Origin: Usitatibacter sp.
GTDB lineage: Bacteria > Pseudomonadota > Gammaproteobacteria > Burkholderiales > Usitatibacteraceae
Direction of reading: 5' to 3'
NCBI GenBank assembly: GCA_035605915.1
Contig: DATNGJ010000026.1
Location: forward strand, 79,669 to 143,668
DNA: 64,000 nucleotides
Part shown: piece after piece, positions 1-8,405 of the stretch
How the letters are laid out: each line of letters opens with the position of its first letter
Numbering within the stretch: position 1 is the stretch's first letter
Made by a program: the position numbers and the translations under genes
The notes under the pieces: generated by a model
Seen by the model: only the letters and a program-made list of their open reading frames with translations
Databases searched by the model: none
What the model was told of the DNA's origin: nothing

Positions 1-424
1 CGCGATCGACCGCAAGTGGCCGAGGGCGGCCGAGGCCGCGCGCAAGTTCGTCGTGTGCACCGGCGGCGAGCCGCTGCTGCAGCTCGACACCCCGGCGATC
101 GAGGCGTTGCACGCGCGCGGCTTCGCGATCGCGATCGAGACCAACGGCACGATCGCCGCGCCCGCCGGCATCGACTGGATCTGCGTGAGCCCGAAGGCGG
201 GCTCGCCCCTCAGGCAGACGCACGGCGACGAGCTGAAGGTGGTCTATCCGCAGCCCCTGCTCGATCTCGCGGCGCTCGCGAGGCTCGACTTCCGCCACTT
301 CTTCATCCAGCCCATGGACGGCGCGCAGTACGAGCGCAACCTGCGCAAATCCATCGAGCTGTGCGAGCGCACCCCGCGCTGGCGCCTGAGCCTGCAGACG
401 CACAAGCTGATCGGCATCCGCTGA
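1..424 (+). CDS. queE: 7-carboxy-7-deazaguanine synthase (radical-SAM QueE), C-terminal part; 5' end lies outside the window
   Basis: The frame is open from base 2 to the TGA at 422-424. The translation ...FVVCTGGEPLLQ...AIETNGT...HFFIQPMDG...WRLSLQTHKLIGIR fits the QueE C-terminal signature. Confidence 0.8.
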   Translation, partial: AIDRKWPRAAEAARKFVVCTGGEPLLQLDTPAIEALHARGFAIAIETNGTIAAPAGIDWICVSPKAGSPLRQTHGDELKVVYPQPLLDLAALARLDFRHFFIQPMDGAQYERNLRKSIELCERTPRWRLSLQTHKLIGIR

Positions 425-504
425 GGCGCTTGCGCTCCCCCGCGCTTGCGGTCCCCTGCGCTTGCGACGCTGGGTAGAGAGGCCGTTTCGCCGGCCGACA
501 CATT

Positions 505-554
505 ATTGCCGAGTCAAAATTGGCCTTGACAATGATTGCCTCGGCAATCATAAT
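505..554 (+). promoter_or_regulatory. Sigma70-type promoter with MarR-type operator palindromes upstream of the marR-efflux operon
   Basis: TTGACA (526-531), a 17-nt spacer, then CATAAT (549-554). A 16-bp palindrome GATTGCCTCGGCAATC (534-549) fills the spacer. An extra half-site ATTGCCGAG (505-513) is the exact reverse complement of CTCGGCAAT (540-548). The region is AT-rich relative to its surroundings, and the marR ATG at 580 is preceded by GGAGGA. Confidence 0.5.
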
Positions 555-579
555 GCGTTCCTCGCATGGAGGAACCGCA

Positions 580-1062
580 ATGAGCATCTACGACCCGGAC
601 AACTACGACGTGCGCAACTCGGTGCCCGCGCTGGTGGGCCTCACGCGCACCGCGTTCATGGATGCGCTCGACGAGCGCCTCGCGGCGTTCGGCATCAAGT
701 CGGCCGATTACATCGTCCTGGTGCTCCTCGCGAACGACATGGCGGACACGGCCTCCTCCGTGTGCTCGGTCATCGCCCACGACCCGGGCGCCATGACGCG
801 CAAGCTCGACGCGCTCGAGGCGCGCGGGCTGGTGCGCCGCGTGAGGAGCGCCGAGGACCGCCGCTCGATCAAGCTCGAGCTCACCGCGGAGGGCAGGAAG
901 CTCTATCCCAAAGTGGTCGCCGCCGCGGTCGAGCGGGCGAACGAGCTGCTGCACGGCTTCAGCAAATCCGAGGTGCGCCAGCTGGAGGAGCTGCTGAAGC
1001 GCATCCTCGGCAACGCCGCCACGCGCGAGAACGCGCGGCTCGCGAAGGAGGGGCGTCGATGA
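580..1062 (+). CDS. MarR-family transcriptional regulator (EmrR-like, first gene of the efflux operon)
   Basis: ATG at 580 follows GGAGGA. It has a winged-helix MarR pattern (...MTRKLDALEARGLVRRVRSAEDRRSIKLELTAEGRKL...). Its stop overlaps the next gene's start (ATGA at 1059-1062). Confidence 0.85.
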   Translation: MSIYDPDNYDVRNSVPALVGLTRTAFMDALDERLAAFGIKSADYIVLVLLANDMADTASSVCSVIAHDPGAMTRKLDALEARGLVRRVRSAEDRRSIKLELTAEGRKLYPKVVAAAVERANELLHGFSKSEVRQLEELLKRILGNAATRENARLAKEGRR

Positions 1063-2474
1063 AGGCCCTCCTCGCGCTCGCGGCCGCCGCGGTCCTCCTC
1101 GCCGCGTGCGCCAGCACCGGCGGCGAGAAGCCGGTCGCCTCGCGCACCGACGCGAACACGCTCGCCGCCGCGCAAACGCTTGCGAAGGCCGCGACGTCCG
1201 ATGCGGCGTGGCCCAGGGCCGATTGGTGGAAACGCTACGGCGACGACCAGCTCGACGCGCTCCTCGACGAGGCGCTCAAAGGCAGCCCGACGCTGCGTGC
1301 CGCCGACGCGCGGCTGCGCAAGGCGGTCGCCGCCGCGGGCATCGCGAGCTCCGCGCGCAAGCTGCAGCTGACCGGATCCGCCGACATCTCGCGCCAGCGC
1401 TTCTCCGAGCACTACATCTTCCCGCCGCCGTTCGGAGGCAGCTGGAACACGCCGGCCAACCTGGATGCCAGCTTGAGCTTCGACCTCGACCTCTTCGGGC
1501 GCCTGCGCTCGGCCTACGAAGGCGCGCTCGACGAGGCGCACGCGGCGCAGGTCGATCGCCACGCCGCGCGCCTGCTGCTCTCGACTTCCATCGTGCGCGC
1601 ATACGCGCAGCTGCAGGCCGCCTACGACCAGCTCGACATCGCGAACGCGGAGCTCGCCGACCGAGAGAACCTCGTGAAGCTGGTGGAGCAGCGCAAGCTC
1701 GCCGGCCTCGATTCCGACGTGGAGCTGCGGCAGGCGCAGGTCGGCATTCCGGAAGCGCAGGAGCGGATCGCGCAGCTGCAGGAGACGATCGAGCTCACGC
1801 GCCACCAGATCGCGGCGCTGCTCGGCGACGGACCCGACCGCGGCATCGCCATACGACGCCCGCACATGAAGGCCGTCGCGGGACCGGTGCTGCCGACGCG
1901 AGTTCCGGCCGACCTGCTCGGCCGCCGCCCGGACATCGTCGCGCAGCGCTGGCGGATCGAGGCCGCGGCGAAGGACGTCGATTCGGCCAAGGCGGCGTTC
2001 TATCCGGACGTGAACCTCGCGGCGCTCGTCGGCCTGCAGAGCCTCACCGCCGCCGATCTCCTCGAGGCGGGAAGCCTCAACGTGAACGTCGGCCCGGCGC
2101 TGCGCCTGCCGATCTTCGACGGCGGAAAGCTGCGCGCGAACCTCGCCGGCAAGGACGCCGACTACGACATCGCCGTGGAGCAGTACAACCAGGGCCTCGC
2201 GGAAGCGCTGCGCGAAGTGGCCGACCAACTCGCCTCGATGCGCTCGATCGACCGGCAGCGCGCGCAGGCGGCCGACGGCGTACGCGTCGCGCAGGACGGC
2301 TACGACCTCGCCATGCTGCGCTATCGCGCGGGACTGGGCAACTACCTGCAGGTGCTCAACGCGGAGACGCAGGTCCTCGCGCAAAAGAACCTGCAGGCGA
2401 CGCTCGCGGCGCGCGAGCTCGACGCGAGCGTGAGCCTCACGCGCGCGCTCGGCGGTGGCTACGAATCGGACTGA
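1059..2474 (+). CDS. Efflux outer-membrane lipoprotein, NodT/OMF family
   Basis: Lipoprotein signal peptide with lipobox (MKALLALAAAAVLLAAC-AS). Two OEP-type repeats with typical coiled-coil Ala/Leu/Gln-rich segments. It sits between marR and emrA. Confidence 0.85.
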   Translation: MKALLALAAAAVLLAACASTGGEKPVASRTDANTLAAAQTLAKAATSDAAWPRADWWKRYGDDQLDALLDEALKGSPTLRAADARLRKAVAAAGIASSARKLQLTGSADISRQRFSEHYIFPPPFGGSWNTPANLDASLSFDLDLFGRLRSAYEGALDEAHAAQVDRHAARLLLSTSIVRAYAQLQAAYDQLDIANAELADRENLVKLVEQRKLAGLDSDVELRQAQVGIPEAQERIAQLQETIELTRHQIAALLGDGPDRGIAIRRPHMKAVAGPVLPTRVPADLLGRRPDIVAQRWRIEAAAKDVDSAKAAFYPDVNLAALVGLQSLTAADLLEAGSLNVNVGPALRLPIFDGGKLRANLAGKDADYDIAVEQYNQGLAEALREVADQLASMRSIDRQRAQAADGVRVAQDGYDLAMLRYRAGLGNYLQVLNAETQVLAQKNLQATLAARELDASVSLTRALGGGYESD

Positions 2475-2484
2475 GGGAACGAGA

Positions 2485-3726
2485 ATGAGCGACATCGCAA
2501 GCAGCAACGGCAACACGACGGACAAGACCAACGGCGGGAACGCCGGCGGGCAAGGCAAGCGCCGCAAGCTCCTGGTGGGCATCCTTTCGGTCGCGCTCCT
2601 CGCCGCGATCGCCTGGGGCGCGTACTGGGCGCTCGTGCTGCGCTGGGAAGAATCGACCGACGACGCCTACGTGAACGGCGACGTGGTGCAGATCACTTCG
2701 CAGGTGCCGGGCACGGTGGTGAAGATCTCCGCCAACGACACCGATTTCGTGAAGGCCGGCGCGACGCTCGTCCAGCTCGACACCGCCGACGCGAAGGTGG
2801 CGCTGGAGCAGGCCGAAGCGGGCCTCGCGAAGACCGTGCGCCAGGTGCGCAACCTCTTCGAGACCTCCGGGCAATTGCAGGAAACCGTGCGCCAGCGCGA
2901 GACCGACGTCGCCAGGGCGCGCGACGACCTCAAGCGCCGCGAGAAGCTCTCGGCGAGCGGCGCCGTCTCCGGCGAGGAGATCCAGCATGCGAAGGACCAG
3001 CTCTCGACGGCCGAGGCGGCTCTCGGCGCGGCGAAGCGCCAGCTCGCGGCGCAGCATGCACTGGTCGACCGCACGACGATCGACGACCATCCCGACGTGA
3101 AGAACGCCGCCGCGCGCGTGCGCGAGGCCTATCTCGCCTTCGCGCGCACGACGCTTCCCGCCCCGGTATCCGGCTACGTCGCCAAACGCACCGTGCAGCT
3201 CGGCCAGCGCATCAATGCGGGCACGGCGCTCATGGCGGTGGTGCCGCTCGACGACGTGTGGGTCGACGCGAACTTCAAGGAAGGGCAGCTGCGCGACATG
3301 CGCGTCGGCCAGCCCGTGACCCTCACCGCCGACCTCTACGGCGGCAAGCTCGAGTACCACGGCAAGGTCGAGGGCTTCGGCGCGGGCACCGGCGGCGCGT
3401 TCGCGCTCCTCCCGGCGCAGAACGCGAGCGGCAACTGGATCAAGATCGTGCAGCGCGTGCCGGTGCGTATCGCGCTCGACCGAGAGGAGCTGCTGAAGCA
3501 CCCGCTGCAGATCGGGCTCTCGATGCAGGCGAAGGTGGACACGCACGTGCGCGACGGCGTGCGGCTCCCGCAGGTGACGCCGGTCAAGACGGCGGACGCG
3601 AGCGCGGTGTTCGAGGCGCTCGGCCCGCAGGCCGACGCGCGCGTGAACGCCATCATCGCCGCGAACGACGGCAAGTCCGCCGGCGGCGTGCACCGCGTCG
3701 CCTACGCCGCGACGCCCGCCCGGTAG
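2485..3726 (+). CDS. emrA: HlyD/EmrA-family membrane fusion protein of an MFS-type efflux pump
   Basis: ATG at 2485. It has an N-terminal TM helix, the motif STDDAYVNGDVVQITSQV, a long coiled-coil, and WVDANFKEGQL...NWIKIVQRVPVRI, which is typical of EmrA. Confidence 0.85.
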   Translation: MSDIASSNGNTTDKTNGGNAGGQGKRRKLLVGILSVALLAAIAWGAYWALVLRWEESTDDAYVNGDVVQITSQVPGTVVKISANDTDFVKAGATLVQLDTADAKVALEQAEAGLAKTVRQVRNLFETSGQLQETVRQRETDVARARDDLKRREKLSASGAVSGEEIQHAKDQLSTAEAALGAAKRQLAAQHALVDRTTIDDHPDVKNAAARVREAYLAFARTTLPAPVSGYVAKRTVQLGQRINAGTALMAVVPLDDVWVDANFKEGQLRDMRVGQPVTLTADLYGGKLEYHGKVEGFGAGTGGAFALLPAQNASGNWIKIVQRVPVRIALDREELLKHPLQIGLSMQAKVDTHVRDGVRLPQVTPVKTADASAVFEALGPQADARVNAIIAANDGKSAGGVHRVAYAATPAR

Positions 3727-3733
3727 CGATCCC

Positions 3734-5269
3734 ATGAGCGCGCCGCTCAAGGGCAGCCCCCTCGTCCTCGGGACGATCGCCGTCTCGCTCGCGACGTTCA
3801 TGAACGTGCTCGACACCTCGATCGCGAACGTGTCGCTCACCTCGATCGCGGGCGACCTCGGCGTCTCGCCCGAGCAGGGCACCTGGGTGATCACCTCCTT
3901 CGGCGTGGCGAACGCGATCTCGCTGCCGCTCACCGGATGGCTCACGCAGCGCTACGGGCAGGTGCGGCTCTTCACCGCCTCGATCGTGCTCTTCGTCCTC
4001 GCCTCGCTCGCGTGCGGCCTCGCGCCGTCGCTCGAGCTCCTCATCTTGTTCCGCGTGATCCAGGGCGCGGTGGCGGGCCCCATGATCCCGCTCTCGCAGG
4101 CGCTGCTCCTTTCGAGCTATCCGCCGCAGAAGGCGGGGACGGCGCTCGGCTTCTGGTCGATCACGACGCTGGTGGCGCCCGTCGTGGGGCCGCTCCTGGG
4201 CGGGTGGATCACGGACAACATCTCGTGGCCGTGGATCTTCTACATCAACATTCCCGTCGGGCTCGCCGCCGCGGCGGGCACGTGGGCGATCTACCGCGAT
4301 CGCGAGACGCCGACGCGCAAGCTCCCGATCGACGCGGTGGGCCTGGGGCTCCTCGTGATCTGGGTCGGGTCATTGCAGGTGATGCTCGACAAGGGCAAGG
4401 ACCTCGACTGGTTCAACTCGCCCATGATCATCGCCTTCGCGATCACGGCGGTGCTCGGCTTCGCGCTCTTCCTCGCCTGGGAGTTCACCGAGGAGCACCC
4501 GATCGTGGACCTGCGCCTCTTCCGGAGCCGCAACTTCGCCATGGGCACGCTCGCGCTCGGCCTGGGCTTCGGCGCGTACTTCGGCAGCGTCGTGCTGCTG
4601 CCGCTCTGGCTGCAGCAGGACATGGGCTATACCGCGACGCTCGCCGGCATGGCGCTCGCGCCCGTCGGGGTCCTCGCGATCCTCCTCACGCCCATCGTGG
4701 GACGCAACATCCACCGCGTCGACTCGCGCATCTTCGCGAGCATCGCCTTCGCGGTCTTCGCCGTGGCGATGTACATGCGCGCCGGCTTCAACACGCAGGC
4801 GGACCTCTGGACCATCCTCGTGCCGACCATCATCCAGGGCGCGGCCGTGTCGTGCTTCTTCATCCCGCTGGTGACGATCACGCTCGCGGGCCTCGCGCCG
4901 CGCGAGATCCCGGCCGCGAGCGGCCTCAACAACTTCGTGCGCATCACGCTGGGCTCGTTCGGCACGTCGATCTCGACCACGCTGTGGGACCATCGCGCGA
5001 CGCTGCACCATGCGCAGCTCGCCGAACGCATCACGGCGTACGACCCGACCGCGGTGCACGCGCTGCAGGCGCTGCAGTCGAGCGGCATGACGCCCGAGCA
5101 GAGCCACGGCGTGCTGAACCAGATGATCAACCTGCAGGCCTCGCTCATGTCGGCGACCGACATCTTCCGCGCCTCGGCCTACCTCTTCGCGGGGCTGATC
5201 CTGGTGGTGTGGCTGACCCGACCGGTGCACGGCGCGGGCTCGGGCGCCGAAGCGGCCGGCGCCCATTGA
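3734..5269 (+). CDS. emrB: DHA2 (EmrB/QacA) 14-TMS MFS drug efflux transporter
   Basis: FMNVLDTSIANVSL...GDLG...WVITSF...PLTGWL is the EmrB N-terminal signature. The protein is about 510 aa and hydrophobic throughout. Confidence 0.9.
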   Translation: MSAPLKGSPLVLGTIAVSLATFMNVLDTSIANVSLTSIAGDLGVSPEQGTWVITSFGVANAISLPLTGWLTQRYGQVRLFTASIVLFVLASLACGLAPSLELLILFRVIQGAVAGPMIPLSQALLLSSYPPQKAGTALGFWSITTLVAPVVGPLLGGWITDNISWPWIFYINIPVGLAAAAGTWAIYRDRETPTRKLPIDAVGLGLLVIWVGSLQVMLDKGKDLDWFNSPMIIAFAITAVLGFALFLAWEFTEEHPIVDLRLFRSRNFAMGTLALGLGFGAYFGSVVLLPLWLQQDMGYTATLAGMALAPVGVLAILLTPIVGRNIHRVDSRIFASIAFAVFAVAMYMRAGFNTQADLWTILVPTIIQGAAVSCFFIPLVTITLAGLAPREIPAASGLNNFVRITLGSFGTSISTTLWDHRATLHHAQLAERITAYDPTAVHALQALQSSGMTPEQSHGVLNQMINLQASLMSATDIFRASAYLFAGLILVVWLTRPVHGAGSGAEAAGAH

Positions 5270-5484
5270 GCGCGACCGGACGGCGCAGGGCCCCTCCCGC
5301 GCGCGGGACGCCGAATGCCTGTATGATGTTGGACGCAGGACTACATCAAGCAGTGAAGTTCCAGTCTCCCTCCTACCCGCCGTTCGCGGCGGTGTCCGAT
5401 GCGGTAGTCAATTCCCTTCCTTGATCGTCGTGACCCGCACCCGGGTCGGGTTTACCCGGAAACCACAGTAAAGGGAACACGCAA

Positions 5485-5688
5485 ATGGCTTCAGGCACCG
5501 TCAAATGGTTCAACGATGCGAAAGGCTTCGGCTTCATCACCCCGGACGATGGCAGCAAGGATCTCTTCGCCCATCACTCCGAGATCCAGATGAGCGGCTT
5601 CAAGTCGCTCAAGGAAGGCCAGAAGGTCGAATACGACCCGCAGCAGGGACCGAAAGGCCCGGCGGCGACCAAGATCCGCACCGTCTGA
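5485..5688 (+). CDS. cspA: Cold-shock protein, CspA family
   Basis: 67 aa. [34 protein letters not shown] carries the RNP1 and RNP2 motifs. It is preceded by about 210 nt of non-coding DNA, consistent with a long csp leader. Confidence 0.95.
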   Translation: MASGTVKWFNDAKGFGFITPDDGSKDLFAHHSEIQMSGFKSLKEGQKVEYDPQQGPKGPAATKIRTV

Positions 5689-5730
5689 GCAGGCGACGTC
5701 CGCGGGACCGCGCGTCCCGCCGGTAATGAA

Positions 5731-5754
5731 GGCCCGGGTGACCGGGCCTTTTTC
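5731..5754 (+). terminator. Rho-independent terminator after cspA
   Basis: GGCCCGG-GTGA-CCGGGCC stem-loop (5731-5748) followed directly by TTTTTC. Confidence 0.75.
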
Positions 5755-5784
5755 ATTCTTGAAACGCGCGGTCGCGGCACCCAT

Positions 5785-6615
5785 TTGCGCGCCATGGCCC
5801 TCCTCCTTCCGTCAGGCCTCGTCGCGCTCTTCATCGCCTGGGTGGTGGCGGGGCCGTGGCTCCTGGAGCTGCGGCGCGACCGATGGCGCGCACGGCCGTT
5901 TCCGCGCGAGTGGCGCGCGATCCTCGATCGGCGCGTTCCGTATCTGCGCCGCCTTCCCGAGCGGCTGCGCGGCGAGCTCGAGGGACACGTCCAGGTCTTC
6001 GTCGAGGAGAAGCAGTTCATCGGTTGCGCCGGGCTGGAAGTGACCGACGAGGTGCGCGTGGTGATCGCGGCGCAGGCGTGCCTCCTCGTGCTCGGCCGGC
6101 GCGGCGAGCCCTTTCCGAAGGCGCGCGACATCCTGGTCTATCCGGGCCCGTTCGCGGTCGAGCGCGTGGAGGGCGCGGCGATCCCGGGATTGATGCACGA
6201 GAACCGCACGGCGCGCAGCGGCGAATCGTGGACCCACGGGCAGGTCGTCATCTCGTGGGACGACGCCCTCGCCGGCGCTGCGGATCCCGACGACGGCGCG
6301 AACGTGGTGATCCACGAGTTCGCGCACCAGCTCGACCAATGGAAGGGTTATGCCAACGGCGCTCCATGGCTGGGCCGGCGCGATCGCTATCCGCGCTGGT
6401 CGGCCGTGATGCACCGGGAATACGCGCGCCTGCGACGGCAGGCGGCGGACGGCGAGCCGGCGCTGCTGCAGTTCTATGGCACGACCAGCCCGGCCGAATT
6501 CTTCGCGGTGGCGTCCGAGGCCTTCTTCGAGCGCGCGCGCGACATGGCGGCTCTCCACCCGGCGCTCTATGCGGAGCTGCGGAGCCTGTATCGCGTCGAC
6601 CCCGCAGCCTGGTGA
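5785..6615 (+). CDS. mtfA: MtfA-like zinc metallopeptidase (M90 family)
   Basis: N-terminal TM segment, conserved R..FP..W...L...VP.Y..L, and the zinc motif HEFAHQLD. The start could be 5785 or 5794. Confidence 0.75.
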   Translation: MRAMALLLPSGLVALFIAWVVAGPWLLELRRDRWRARPFPREWRAILDRRVPYLRRLPERLRGELEGHVQVFVEEKQFIGCAGLEVTDEVRVVIAAQACLLVLGRRGEPFPKARDILVYPGPFAVERVEGAAIPGLMHENRTARSGESWTHGQVVISWDDALAGAADPDDGANVVIHEFAHQLDQWKGYANGAPWLGRRDRYPRWSAVMHREYARLRRQAADGEPALLQFYGTTSPAEFFAVASEAFFERARDMAALHPALYAELRSLYRVDPAAW

Positions 6616-6618
6616 GGA

Positions 6619-7086
6619 TCAGGCCGGCGCGGCCATCTTCTCCATCGCCGCGCGCATCTCCTGCGCGCCCACTTCGCGCACGTGCGTCGCGATCGACCAC
6701 TGGTGGCCGTACGGATCCTCGACGACGCCGTAGCGATCGCCCCAGAACTGCTCCGACACCGGCATCACCACCTTCGCGCCGGCCTCCTCGGCGCTCGCGG
6801 CGACCGCATCCGCGTCGCGCACGTACAGGTGGATCGCGACCGGCGTGCCGCGGATCGTGCGCGGGCCGAGCGCGCCGCAAGGGGGCGCCTCGTCCATCAG
6901 CATGACGGGCGAATCGCCGATGCGGATGCGCGCGTGGACGAGCTTGCCGTCGGCCGCGGCGATGCGCGCCTCCTCGACGGCGCCGAACGCCTTCTTGTAG
7001 AACTCGATCGCCTGCGCGGCGCCGGCGACGATGAGGTGCGGCGTGACGGTATGGAAGCCTTGCGGAATCGGGTCGACCTTGGCCAT
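6619..7086 (-). CDS. VOC/glyoxalase-family protein (PhnB-like)
   Basis: Start chosen at the ATG at 7086 (MAKVDPIPQGFHTVTPHLIV...). The motif ...QFWGDRYGVVEDPYGHQWSIATH is typical of PhnB-like VOC proteins. The upstream part of the listed ORF has no protein-like composition. Confidence 0.75.
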   Translation of the reverse strand: MAKVDPIPQGFHTVTPHLIVAGAAQAIEFYKKAFGAVEEARIAAADGKLVHARIRIGDSPVMLMDEAPPCGALGPRTIRGTPVAIHLYVRDADAVAASAEEAGAKVVMPVSEQFWGDRYGVVEDPYGHQWSIATHVREVGAQEMRAAMEKMAAPA

Positions 7087-7188
7087 GGCGGGCTCCTCGG
7101 AAGGGTTGGAACGAAGGGCCGGAATTCGGCCTGCTCCACGGAGTCGAACGGGGAAGCCCGCAATCGACAGGGCGATCGCGAGGTCCCC

Positions 7189-7338
7189 ATGATCCGAAAG
7201 CTCCGGTCCGGCGAGTACCGGCTCTACTCGCGCAAGGTGAATCCGAAGACCGGCAAGCGCCGCAACCTCGGGACGTTCCCCTCCCTCGAGGGCGCGAAGA
7301 AGCACGAGCGCGAGGTGCAGTACTTCAAGCGCCACTGA
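7189..7338 (+). CDS. Small basic protein of unknown function (49 aa)
   Basis: MIRKLRSGEYRLYSRKVNPKTGKRRNLGTFPSLEGAKKHEREVQYFKRH. GAGG lies 6 nt upstream of the ATG. I recall near-identical small proteins in other proteobacteria, with no assigned function. Confidence 0.55.
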   Translation: MIRKLRSGEYRLYSRKVNPKTGKRRNLGTFPSLEGAKKHEREVQYFKRH

Positions 7339-8319
7339 TCACTGCACGGTGATCCCGGCCTTCCGGATCACCGGCCACCACTTGTCGATCTCGGCCTTGT
7401 GGTGCGCCCGCAGCGCTTCGGGCGTCTGCTCGCCCGGCGGCGGGATTTCCTGGCCCAGGTCGGCGAGGCGCTTGCGCACTTCGGGGTCGGCGAGCGCTTC
7501 GCGGATCGCGCCATTGAGCTTGTCCACGACCGGTCGCGGCGTGCCCTTGGGTGCCCAGATGCCGTGCCACACGGCCATGTAGAAGTTGGGGAGGCCCGCC
7601 TCGTCGACCGAGGGGATGCCGGGCTCGGCGAGGAGGCGCGCGGGCGCGGTGACCGCGTACGCGCGGATCCTTCCGCCGCGCACCTGCGGGAGCGAGTTGG
7701 CGGCCTGGTCGAAGGTGATGTCGATATGGCCCGCGATGAGGTCCTGCATCGCCGGCGCCGCGCCGCGATAGTGGATGATCTGCACCTGCGCTCCGGTCTG
7801 CTGCTGGAAGTAGGCGCAGCTCACGTGCGCCGGCGTTCCCGGGCCGCCCGTGCCGCACGACACCGGGTCCTTCTTCGCCTTCGCCCACGCGACCAGCCCG
7901 CCGAGCGTCTTCGCCGGGACGCCCAGCGTCGAGACCACGATCTGCGGGTTGGTCGCGATCATCGCGACCGGCTCGAAGTCGTTGAAGACGTCGTAGCTCA
8001 TCTTCTGGATCGCGCCGGTGATCACGTGCGTGCCGACGTGGCCGATGGTGAGCGTGTAGCCGTCCGGCGGGCTGTGGACGACCTTCGCGCCGCCGATGGT
8101 GCCCCCCGCGCCGGTGACGTTCTCCACGACGACCGTCTGGCCGAGCGACTTCGTCATGCGCTGCGCCACGATGCGCGCGATGGTATCGGTGGGTCCGCCG
8201 GCGGAGAACGGCACGATGAGCGCGATGGACCGGCTCGGGAAACCCTGCGCGCCGGCGGCGAGCGAGGTCGCACAGAGCGCGGCGAGGGCGAAGCAGCGGA
8301 GCAGCGGGGCGAGGCGCAT
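7339..8319 (-). CDS. Bug-family (TctC-like) tripartite tricarboxylate transporter substrate-binding protein, orphan
   Basis: Signal peptide followed by FPSRSIALIVPFSAGGPTDTIARI, the characteristic Bug N-terminus. About 325 aa. No tctA or tctB gene is adjacent. Confidence 0.85.
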   Translation of the reverse strand: MRLAPLLRCFALAALCATSLAAGAQGFPSRSIALIVPFSAGGPTDTIARIVAQRMTKSLGQTVVVENVTGAGGTIGGAKVVHSPPDGYTLTIGHVGTHVITGAIQKMSYDVFNDFEPVAMIATNPQIVVSTLGVPAKTLGGLVAWAKAKKDPVSCGTGGPGTPAHVSCAYFQQQTGAQVQIIHYRGAAPAMQDLIAGHIDITFDQAANSLPQVRGGRIRAYAVTAPARLLAEPGIPSVDEAGLPNFYMAVWHGIWAPKGTPRPVVDKLNGAIREALADPEVRKRLADLGQEIPPPGEQTPEALRAHHKAEIDKWWPVIRKAGITVQ

Positions 8320-8405
8320 GGCGACCTCCGTCGGGGGGGCGCCGCTAATCTACCGAATCTTCGCCTTCTTGCGAACCCGGCCGCCGCCCCCGGGCGTGCG
8401 AGGGA

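Noticed and set aside
903-2582. A 559-aa minus-strand ORF, plus several similar ones (for example 13755-15962, 15524-17179, 18643-20445, 39600-41123, 61068-63137).
   Set aside because: All lie antisense to genes with strong motif support and have low-complexity Arg/Asp/Glu/His-rich translations. No independent evidence supports overlapping genes.
5270-5484. The cspA upstream region, considered for annotation as a defined promoter plus thermosensing 5' UTR.
   Set aside because: Only a weak -10-like TATGAT (5322-5327) is present, without a credible -35. The long leader is plausible from general csp biology, but I cannot define its boundaries or structure from sequence alone.
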